From positions 64,001 to 128,000 of IMG/VR virus record IMGVR_UViG_650627003_000001: DNA of 64,000 nt. The stretch is one strand, 5' to 3'. The position numbers and the translations under genes are program-made. The number at the start of each line of letters is the position of its first letter. The first letter of the stretch is position 1. Below, piece after piece: positions 9,983 through 16,656 of the stretch. The notes under the pieces are model-generated. The model was not told where the DNA came from. It searched no databases and saw nothing but the letters and a program-made list of their open reading frames with translations. This DNA comes from a virus (taxonomy: Duplodnaviria > Caudoviricetes).

Positions 9983-10009
9983 AAAAAAAGAGAGCCGAAG
10001 CTCTCTTTT
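9983..10009 (-). terminator. intrinsic terminator with UUCG loop
   Basis: AGAGAGC-TTCG-GCTCTCT-TTTTT. Confidence 0.85.
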
Positions 10010-10274
10010 ATTTTATAGCCGCCTCTCGAAGACCTGCGTACCAAGCACCTTGCTTATACACAATTTCGAAATCTGCAGGACCATCAGGGAAACGTTCCTT
10101 GTAAGGCCAAGGTCCGAAAGTAACATGCCAATCACCGGCTGCCTTTTCAAAACGAGCTAGCGGCGTACGAGACGTACCAACTTGTTTTACTTCAGCCATG
10201 AAGCGTACTTTCTCTTCTCCGAACCAGTAATAGCTCGTATGTTTTAATAACATTAATGGTAGTTGTTCTGCCAT
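10008..10274 (-). CDS. hypothetical protein (88 aa)
   Basis: GAGG RBS, followed by a terminator. Confidence 0.7.
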   Translation of the reverse strand: MAEQLPLMLLKHTSYYWFGEEKVRFMAEVKQVGTSRTPLARFEKAAGDWHVTFGPWPYKERFPDGPADFEIVYKQGAWYAGLREAAIK

Positions 10275-10310
10275 ATAAACCTCGTGATATAAGACATCAT
10301 TGTCTTATCA

Positions 10311-10844
10311 TTATTTATTAAAACGTTTTTTGAGTCGTTCTAACAAAGAAGGCTTATGCGTGTAATCTAATTCGATCATAGGACAGACTTTACTGTGTTT
10401 GGCCTTTACAAATTCGACAATTAAACTATCCTGTACATGTTGAATTGGAACAGAAACAGATTTTGTTTTGAATAATTTTTTAGTATGTTTCCATAAAAAT
10501 GTCGGAACAAAAACTATAATAAGACCAGCGATAATAGCTAATGATAATGCTACAATACCAACTAAACATAAAATAGGGACTGAAATATACGCAGACATTC
10601 CAATTATTGACATTGTAGCTGAATCGCCAAGAGGGACAATTCCGAATAGTTCAGTTAAACTCATTAAAGCTGCAAATCCAAGCATATTTAAAATAACTGT
10701 ACAAATAATCGTCACAACAATAAGAAATACAATACGCCACATGGTTGCCCAGAAATATGGACAAAGTGATAAAGGAATTCCTTTATCAGATTTACAGACA
10801 TTTTTCTGTAATAGATAGTGCCAAGAATTTACGTTAACTTTCAT
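10311..10844 (-). CDS. membrane protein (177 aa)
   Basis: Two long hydrophobic segments. Confidence 0.75.
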   Translation of the reverse strand: MKVNVNSWHYLLQKNVCKSDKGIPLSLCPYFWATMWRIVFLIVVTIICTVILNMLGFAALMSLTELFGIVPLGDSATMSIIGMSAYISVPILCLVGIVALSLAIIAGLIIVFVPTFLWKHTKKLFKTKSVSVPIQHVQDSLIVEFVKAKHSKVCPMIELDYTHKPSLLERLKKRFNK

Positions 10845-10846
10845 AG

Positions 10847-11113
10847 TTACCTCAATTGTGAGTCCTTAGACCCTCTACGATTATAATACGACTTTACAGT
10901 AGTATCGTGATTTTGTTGACATTGAATACAGTATTCAACACCAGGAACAGCAATTCTTCTACCTTCAGGAATAGATAGGCCACAGTCTTCGCAATATTCT
11001 AAGCTTTGACGTTTAGATGCCAATTCCAATTCTAATCTAGCCCAATCGACAGCATCATCAATTGTAGATTGATTAGTGTCAAAAACGGCATCTGATGGTC
11101 CCCATCCATTCAT
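10847..11113 (-). CDS. DksA/TraR-family C4 zinc-finger protein (YbiI-like)
   Basis: CEDC...CIQC zinc finger, IPEGRRIAVPGV, C-terminal YNRRGSKDSQLR as recalled for bacterial YbiI. Confidence 0.9.
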   Translation of the reverse strand: MNGWGPSDAVFDTNQSTIDDAVDWARLELELASKRQSLEYCEDCGLSIPEGRRIAVPGVEYCIQCQQNHDTTVKSYYNRRGSKDSQLR

Positions 11114-11139
11114 GTTAATATCCTCACTTTGGTAATGCT

Positions 11140-11170
11140 TATATTAACATGAACGGATGAGTATGTAAAT
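11140..11170 (-). promoter_or_regulatory. probable early promoter
   Basis: TTTACA...TGTTAATAT on the minus strand. Confidence 0.6.
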
Positions 11171-11439
11171 CACTTTTTCTCAATTTTTATATTTTTCTTT
11201 TTTGCATACTCTTGACCAGCAGCATACCCCCATTGATCGCAATCAATAGTGCAGGTTGATTTATTCCATTTTGCTTTGACAAAAACATAAAATTCTTCGG
11301 ATTCTTTTTTAGAAGGTGTTTCAAACTGAGAATATACTTCAAGAGCGCCTTCAAAGTACTTGTCGAATTTAACAGGTTTTTCTGTCGAAGCAAAGCATAA
11401 GCTTGGCACGATAAGAATCATAAAAATGAGGTATTTCAT
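11170..11439 (-). CDS. rI: lysis inhibition regulator RI (antiholin)
   Basis: Signal sequence; FDKY..GAL.VY..FE..S..ESE.FY.F pattern and two Cys match T4 RI; synteny. Confidence 0.85.
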   Translation of the reverse strand: MKYLIFMILIVPSLCFASTEKPVKFDKYFEGALEVYSQFETPSKKESEEFYVFVKAKWNKSTCTIDCDQWGYAAGQEYAKKKNIKIEKK

Positions 11440-11732
11440 TTGTTTACCTCGTGCTTAATACATTCTTCTAAAAAGAGATCGCTAAAGTGTTCGTTAACAA
11501 AATCTCTTTTTGAAACTTGATTTTGTGGGATAGTCTTCAAATACTTCGTACGAAGTTCATTTGTACTAGATTGATTTGGACACACCTCGGAAATGTATAA
11601 ATGATGGGAATATGCAAGACTTTTGATTTGTGATTCAACTTCAGAATCTACCTTCGGATGTAAAAACATGCCGATTGCAGCAATGAATGTTAATAAAATA
11701 ATTGCATAGACAACATAAGTCTTCATTATCAA
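11436..11732 (-). CDS. exported or membrane-anchored hypothetical protein (98 aa)
   Basis: N-terminal hydrophobic helix, 2 Cys. Confidence 0.7.
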   Translation of the reverse strand: MIMKTYVVYAIILLTFIAAIGMFLHPKVDSEVESQIKSLAYSHHLYISEVCPNQSSTNELRTKYLKTIPQNQVSKRDFVNEHFSDLFLEECIKHEVNK

Positions 11733-12142
11733 TCCTCAAAAATAGGACCAATGTTTTCAAACTTATAGGTAACGTGATTGTTCTGTGTATCCCATACTTG
11801 TATAAACATAGGTCGTTTGCAGTCATAAAATAATTCGTTCATTTGACCAGTTTCTGATATTGATTCTAAAGCAGAACCAGCTATTGCGCCAGATGTATTT
11901 TTACCACACACCCGCATATTGAATATGCCATAGCTAAGTTTTTCTCTTGATCCGTCAGAGTTTAAGAACGAAATACCAAAAGAATCTGTTGACGAATTGT
12001 ATGCAATTTCTGCAAATGGTGTCAACATTTCTGTTGATTGCTGAATACGTGTACCATAGATAGTATACGTATTTGGAGCAACTGTTTCCCATGCTAGCAC
12101 AGGAAACGATAAAGCAGCTAACAATAAAAAGATGTACTTCAT
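11729..12142 (-). CDS. secreted hypothetical protein (137 aa)
   Basis: Sec signal ending VLA-W, 2 Cys. Confidence 0.75.
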   Translation of the reverse strand: MKYIFLLLAALSFPVLAWETVAPNTYTIYGTRIQQSTEMLTPFAEIAYNSSTDSFGISFLNSDGSREKLSYGIFNMRVCGKNTSGAIAGSALESISETGQMNELFYDCKRPMFIQVWDTQNNHVTYKFENIGPIFED

Positions 12143-12456
12143 TTTCTATCCAATAAGCCGTTCATGTATTTCAACATGAGTTGTGCTTTATATGTTTCAC
12201 ATGTCTTTTTGTCACGTGAATATTCGCAATACGAAATTAAAGATCGAGCTTTGCGATTGATATGTGTGCCTATAGTTACATCATGGTCTTCGTTTAGGCC
12301 TTGATGATAAAAGCCTTCTAATTCCATTGTAATTAAATCAACACACTCTACATTGGACGTACAAAATTGTTTTGCAGTCTTTTCAATGTCAGGATGATCT
12401 TTAGCTATCCCAAGTACTGGGATACAAAGTGCTAAGACAAAGATTAAAGATTTCAT
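12139..12456 (-). CDS. vs: Vs homologue (valyl-tRNA synthetase modifier family)
   Basis: Signal-like N-terminus, 4-Cys spacing like T4 Vs, adjacent to vs.1. Confidence 0.75.
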   Translation of the reverse strand: MKSLIFVLALCIPVLGIAKDHPDIEKTAKQFCTSNVECVDLITMELEGFYHQGLNEDHDVTIGTHINRKARSLISYCEYSRDKKTCETYKAQLMLKYMNGLLDRK

Positions 12457-12980
12457 TTTTCTACCTTCAATACGTCATTTGTTTTTAGGTATTGCGCTTT
12501 CTTTATAACACTAGAAGAATAGCTTTTTCCTTTTGAGATTTGCCAGCCTGCGTTATAAGAAGCTAATGCTTTTGGCATACTACCGTTATGTACTTTAAGC
12601 CAATACTCCATTTCAGTATGGGCCCAATAAGCTGATCGATCGAATTGTTTTAATTCTGACGCGATTTGTGCATTTGACTTGGTTACACCGTTTTGCTTCA
12701 TACGGCTTTTGACTGTTGGGATGTAGTTTTGATACGGTCCTACAGCATGTCCGTTTTTACCACAATTAATGCCAGCTGAACTTTCTTGCCAAAGAATTGC
12801 CGCCATTATGTATCCTAAGTTAAGGTCTCCGTGTCTAGATTTAGGTAATTGTTTTGCGTACTTGTTGCCATAACTGTAAGCCTGCTTCATGTTTGATACC
12901 TGAGCCTGACTAAAGTTATATGCAAATGTGGTTGAACAGATCATAGTCAAGACAAAGGCAATTATAAGTTTTAACTTCAT
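12453..12980 (-). CDS. vs.1: Vs.1 homologue, SLT-type lytic transglycosylase
   Basis: MAAILWQESSAG (catalytic Glu) and ALASYNAG motifs; signal peptide. Confidence 0.9.
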   Translation of the reverse strand: MKLKLIIAFVLTMICSTTFAYNFSQAQVSNMKQAYSYGNKYAKQLPKSRHGDLNLGYIMAAILWQESSAGINCGKNGHAVGPYQNYIPTVKSRMKQNGVTKSNAQIASELKQFDRSAYWAHTEMEYWLKVHNGSMPKALASYNAGWQISKGKSYSSSVIKKAQYLKTNDVLKVEK

Positions 12981-13053
12981 AATTCCTCTCTTAGGCTAAG
13001 TGCCTTTAAAAATAATAATTATACACAATATATTTATTGCATATTTTTTATAC

Positions 13054-13078
13054 AAAAAAGGATGACATAAGTCATCCT
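13054..13078 (-). terminator. intrinsic terminator
   Basis: AGGATGAC-TTAT-GTCATCCT-TTTTT overlapping the stop codon. Confidence 0.75.
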
Positions 13079-13476
13079 AGCATTTTTGCATACCAATTCA
13101 AATAAAACTCTGGGTCTTTGAGTTTTTCTTGGAAAACGCTAGAAGCGAGCAGGGCCCTTTCCTTACGTTGTTCAGTTGTCATGGTTGAGTTAATATAGTC
13201 AAAGCCGCCAGCGCCACCTAGCTTAAGATTATACGTATCAGGACGTGCTACAAATGCCTCATTGACAATTGCTCGTTCGTGTGCGTACATTTCTTTTTCA
13301 GATGGATGAAATTTCAAAATCTCTTTAAAGAATTTTTCTTTTCCGTGCTTCTTGATAGCCTTTTTTAGAACAGTCCCTGAACCAATATAGCCATCATTAA
13401 AGTCTTCTGTTTTATGGACACCAATGTAATAATGTCCGTTTACAGAGTTTGTGGTCTTGTATGTGTAGTAAAACAT
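13072..13476 (-). CDS. short Seg-like GIY-YIG endonuclease (catalytic domain only)
   Basis: YTYKTTN..NGHYYIG.H, GYIGSG, YNLKLGG motifs. Confidence 0.8.
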   Translation of the reverse strand: MFYYTYKTTNSVNGHYYIGVHKTEDFNDGYIGSGTVLKKAIKKHGKEKFFKEILKFHPSEKEMYAHERAIVNEAFVARPDTYNLKLGGAGGFDYINSTMTTEQRKERALLASSVFQEKLKDPEFYLNWYAKMLG

Positions 13477-13515
13477 CCTTACAGCCTTTACACCTTGGGG
13501 AACTACACATATTTA

Positions 13516-13710
13516 TCATTCTGGGAATTCGTCTCGCAATAATTTAAATGCCACAGCTCGGTTTAAATGAGGCGAACGTTGTTCTGAAGATTCAAAAACT
13601 TTACCTGAAGGCTTATGAGTAATGCGAACTCCTTTTGGATATGCATTCAGATAATGTCCTTGAGATTCTGTTCTAAAACTTTCAATTAATAAATCTTCGG
13701 CTTTAATCAT
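13516..13710 (-). CDS. peptide chain release factor domain-3-like protein lacking GGQ (64 aa)
   Basis: DLLIESFR...VRITHKPSG...EQRSPHLNRAVAFKLL aligns with RF1 DLRIDTFR...IRITHLPTG...DERSQHKNKAKAL. Confidence 0.8.
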   Translation of the reverse strand: MIKAEDLLIESFRTESQGHYLNAYPKGVRITHKPSGKVFESSEQRSPHLNRAVAFKLLRDEFPE

Positions 13711-13895
13711 TTAAATAGCTCCATAGTTATAGCAACTATAAGAATTGTAAGGACTACTACAATGCCGTACAAGCAGGCTTTTGCTTGATTAATAAATCGT
13801 TCAAAAGACATACCAGCGTGCCATTTTAGGACTGTGTTTCCTATTAGCATAACAATAGCAATACATGCAATAAGCATGCCAATCAGTGTACTCAT
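13707..13895 (-). CDS. small two-helix membrane protein
   Basis: Two hydrophobic segments; ATGA-coupled. Confidence 0.7.
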   Translation of the reverse strand: MSTLIGMLIACIAIVMLIGNTVLKWHAGMSFERFINQAKACLYGIVVVLTILIVAITMELFK

Positions 13896-14161
13896 TTTTT
13901 CAATAGCTCCTTATTCAATTTCTTTGGTTTCAAAGAATTGTAATACTCAAAAGTTCTACGAGTTTCTGGCTTAAGAAGACAATATTGCTTGATTCCCCAT
14001 AAGTTCCAATCACTCATAAAAGTCATATAAATGAAGAATGCGTTTTCTTTATTAACGCGACGGCCAGTAACTATTGCTCGAGTTGTTGGACTTGAATACT
14101 TCATACAGTCTTCAACAAATGCACGTAGTTGTTTCTTCTTTGTTAATTTAAGACGTTTCAT
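13892..14161 (-). CDS. basic hypothetical protein (89 aa)
   Basis: TAATG-coupled ORF. Confidence 0.7.
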   Translation of the reverse strand: MKRLKLTKKKQLRAFVEDCMKYSSPTTRAIVTGRRVNKENAFFIYMTFMSDWNLWGIKQYCLLKPETRRTFEYYNSLKPKKLNKELLKK

Positions 14162-14754
14162 TATAGACCTTTAAATGTGCACAAATCAATAGATTCTTGA
14201 TCACCGGGGTTGTTTTCTGTGCAAATAGCGTTAACTTCAGCATAACGTGGATCGTTTACATCTGGCTTTGGATTTTCAAAGCCAGCAAAATCTTCATAAT
14301 TCGTTTCGACTTCACTTGGAGGCTCCGGAGCTTCTACAAAATTATTTTTATTCCCAAAATGGATTTCTGTGGTATCGAATTCAACAACAAAGTCATTAAG
14401 CGATTCTTGGACACATAGTTTAATAACATCGTTGTAATTTTTAATAGCAGCAGAACCTTCTTCGGTAGAAGTATCAGCTAAATCATCAATCATGTATTCA
14501 AACTTATTAGAGCACAGGTAATATGCTTTTTTAAGATCAGTACCATGAATAGATTCAAGTTGCAACAATACTTCATGCTCAGGAGCAATTTCAATACCTT
14601 TGTAGTTATACCCAGGATATTGGTCTAAGTTAATACCAAACTTCATTTCGCGTTCTACTACAACATTAGTGTTCAAAGAACTTGTATCAACTTTAGTGTC
14701 AGAGCATCCAACTAAGGATAGTGAAACTGCTATTGCCAAAAATAATTTGTTCAT
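14161..14754 (-). CDS. acidic lipoprotein (197 aa)
   Basis: Signal peptide with lipobox LVGC; GAGG RBS. Confidence 0.8.
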   Translation of the reverse strand: MNKLFLAIAVSLSLVGCSDTKVDTSSLNTNVVVEREMKFGINLDQYPGYNYKGIEIAPEHEVLLQLESIHGTDLKKAYYLCSNKFEYMIDDLADTSTEEGSAAIKNYNDVIKLCVQESLNDFVVEFDTTEIHFGNKNNFVEAPEPPSEVETNYEDFAGFENPKPDVNDPRYAEVNAICTENNPGDQESIDLCTFKGL

Positions 14755-14780
14755 GTTAAATTCCTCTTGATTATGGAACT

Positions 14781-14809
14781 ACTATATACTACTATTTTAT
14801 TTTGTAAAC
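14781..14809 (-). promoter_or_regulatory. T4-type early promoter
   Basis: GTTTAC-AAAATAAAATAGTAGTA-TATAGT. Confidence 0.7.
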
Positions 14810-14818
14810 TATAAAACG

Positions 14819-14844
14819 AAAAAAGAACGCACTAAGCGTTCTTT
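14819..14844 (-). terminator. intrinsic terminator ending the tRNA-cluster transcript
   Basis: AAAGAACGC-TTAGT-GCGTTCTTT-TTT. Confidence 0.8.
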
Positions 14845-14935
14845 ATAATAATAATATTATATACGAGAATACGGATCCATATAGAATCCGTATTTACCGA
14901 AAGTAATTTATCTTTAATGATTTTATTATTTCCGG

Positions 14936-15391
14936 TTAAGTAATGATGTAAATTGGATCGTTTTTATTTCCAGAGAACTTAATAAACCCATCTAAATTTT
15001 TTATGAGTTGATGTGTCAAACGTGTTGTTGATGTGTCGAACAACGAACAAATAGATACGTCGACAAATACCCGTTTAATATTTTTAACTTGTTCTCTTCC
15101 ACGTAGAGGATCAAATGAAATACTCCGAATAGTAGAGTATAAGAATTTATTTGATCCATACTTTGATGCAAATTCTTCAACCATTCGCTTATTTGTACTA
15201 ACATATAAGTCAGTTTCAGCATCAAAAATATCTGCTATCATTGTAGATGTACCCATTTGTCTAGGCAATCCAACAGATAAAGTTCTAAGCTCAAATAATC
15301 CTCTAGATTGAAATTCTCCAAGATCCAAAGAACTATTTCTAGCGTCAATTAGTGGACATACAACATCCAAATACTTTTTTAAGTGATTCAT
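14936..15391 (-). CDS. hypothetical protein with degenerate P-loop (start MNHLKK at 15391)
   Basis: AAGGAG RBS before 15391; GLPRQMGTST and RVFVD motifs; the longer ORF overlaps tRNA-Thr. Confidence 0.7.
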   Translation of the reverse strand: MNHLKKYLDVVCPLIDARNSSLDLGEFQSRGLFELRTLSVGLPRQMGTSTMIADIFDAETDLYVSTNKRMVEEFASKYGSNKFLYSTIRSISFDPLRGREQVKNIKRVFVDVSICSLFDTSTTRLTHQLIKNLDGFIKFSGNKNDPIYIIT

Positions 15392-15429
15392 AATTATCTC
15401 CTTATGAATACGGCTCTTCAGCAAAAATC

Positions 15430-15505
15430 TGGTTCCGAATATCCGACTCGAACGGATGACCTTTGGATTACAAAACCACTGCTCTACCAACTGAGCTAAT
15501 TCGGA
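15430..15505 (-). tRNA. tRNA-Thr(UGU)
   Basis: Cloverleaf TCCGAAT...TT-TGT-AA...TTCGAGT...ATTCGGA-A-CCA, 76 nt; anticodon stem has 2 mismatches. Confidence 0.9.
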
Positions 15506-15601
15506 ATAATCCTCTCTTTCGAGAGTGTCCACAGTTTTTGTTTCAGACTTAGCCGGACAATGATTATGCTAAGTCCCTTAAACATCCGCAAATGTTTAAG
15601 G
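15506..15601 (-). ncRNA. structured inter-tRNA RNA (hairpin plus pseudoknot)
   Basis: Five complementary helices in 96 nt, see findings. Confidence 0.6.
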
Positions 15602-15608
15602 CTTAATT

Positions 15609-15682
15609 TGGCAGGCCACCAAAGATTTGAACTCTGACTAACGGGGTTGGAGCCCGCTGTGCTGCCATTACACCAATGACCT
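15609..15682 (-). tRNA. tRNA-Trp(CCA)
   Basis: AGGTCAT...GCGGG-CTCCAAC-CCCGT...TTCAAAT...GTGGCCT-G-CCA. Confidence 0.92.
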
Positions 15683-15686
15683 ATAT

Positions 15687-15805
15687 ATGATAACCTTAAA
15701 ACCGTTTCTTGCAAGTCCGTATTTAAAGGTGAGTTGCATCGTCCTAAGCTCCAGAGGAGTGTGCCGTTTTAAAGGCGGATCGTATGATCATCAACTACTT
15801 GAGTT
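15687..15805 (-). ncRNA. putative structured inter-tRNA RNA
   Basis: CCTTTAAAAC/GTTTTAAGG closing stem with two internal helices. Confidence 0.4.
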
Positions 15806-15891
15806 TGGTGTGCACCCTGTGATTCGAACACAGATAACTTTCGTGGCGGAGTTACAGTCCGCTGGGTTTGACCAACAACCCGACGATGCAC
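15806..15891 (-). tRNA. tRNA-Tyr(GUA)
   Basis: GCGGA-CTGTAAC-TCCGC, long variable arm, CTGTG-TTCGAAT-CACAG, A-CCA. Confidence 0.92.
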
Positions 15892-15896
15892 ATATT

Positions 15897-15987
15897 TGGC
15901 GGAAGAGGTGAGACTTGAACTCACACGGCTGTGACACCCAACTGTTTTCAAGACAGCGACCCGTAGACCGACTTGGTTTACTCTTCC
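15897..15987 (-). tRNA. tRNA-Ser(UGA)
   Basis: GGAAGAG/CTCTTCC-G-CCA, GCTGT-CTTGAAA-ACAGT, long variable arm. Confidence 0.92.
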
Positions 15988-16053
15988 GGAATCGATTTCG
16001 TTTATTTTACGAGGAGATAATCGAGAACGTCCTGCATCATACAAATATTTATA

Positions 16054-16389
16054 CTAGTTGGAATTGGGCTGAATTCCTTTATTTGTAAAATTTACCACAA
16101 CTTTTGTAATAAGCTTTGTAGTGTTTTGCATTTCTTCAAGAGTATTGCAAATAAAATCTGGTTCACGAGAACCCTTTAAAAAATCAGCAATATCGCTAAG
16201 TTTATCAGGTCGTCGATTTTTAATTACTTTACCTGTATAATCAACAACCCAATCGGATTGAGCAGCTAGATCAGTACCAACAGAAACACTGTAATTAGTC
16301 GAAACGAATGTTTGATCCTGTTGAAGAGGTACTTCAACAATTGAACCACGTACGCAATAATAAACTGAACGATTAAAAATATGTTGCAT
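16054..16389 (-). CDS. hypothetical protein within the tRNA cluster (111 aa)
   Basis: GAGG RBS. Confidence 0.7.
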   Translation of the reverse strand: MQHIFNRSVYYCVRGSIVEVPLQQDQTFVSTNYSVSVGTDLAAQSDWVVDYTGKVIKNRRPDKLSDIADFLKGSREPDFICNTLEEMQNTTKLITKVVVNFTNKGIQPNSN

Positions 16390-16410
16390 TATAAAATCCT
16401 CAAGGTAATT

Positions 16411-16487
16411 TGGTCCGCTAAACTGGACTCGAACCAGTGACCATCCACTTAGAAGGCGGATGCTCTATCCATCTGAGCTACTAGCGG
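16411..16487 (-). tRNA. tRNA-Arg(UCU)
   Basis: CCGCTAG...TCCGC-CTTCTAA-GTGGA...TTCGAGT...A-CCA. Confidence 0.93.
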
Positions 16488-16575
16488 AAATTCAAACGGT
16501 TTTGATGCATTGACCGAAAACAATGGCTGGCGGTAAGTTCACCAGTCTCACAAGCCCATTACTGGAACTATTTAG

Positions 16576-16651
16576 TGGAGTCACGTGGATTCTATCCAGG
16601 CTGTCGCATCTTGCTCACCACAAGACTCAATTGTCATTGTCTCGTTCCTCC
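16576..16651 (-). ncRNA. degenerate tRNA-like element
   Basis: 76 nt, GGAG/CTCC ends, 5-bp stem with 7-nt loop, T-arm-like hairpin. Confidence 0.4.
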
Positions 16652-16656
16652 ATAAT

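Noticed and set aside
14845-14935. Hairpins AATACGGAT/ATCCGTATT and TTAC/GTAA in an intergenic gap
   Set aside because: Short AT-rich stems just upstream of a terminator; not enough to call an ncRNA
15506-15576. Assignment of the pseudoknot as a theta/HDV-like or hammerhead ribozyme
   Set aside because: The loop is too short for HDV P3/L3, and CTGAAAC does not match the hammerhead CUGANGA core; kept as unclassified
15897-15987. Possible selenocysteine or opal suppressor tRNA
   Set aside because: The anticodon is UGA (reads Ser UCA), not UCA; acceptor and G73 fit tRNA-Ser
15496-16044. ORFs 15496-15714, 15687-15911, 15769-16044 and the 5' extension of 14936-15532
   Set aside because: They overlap clear tRNA genes
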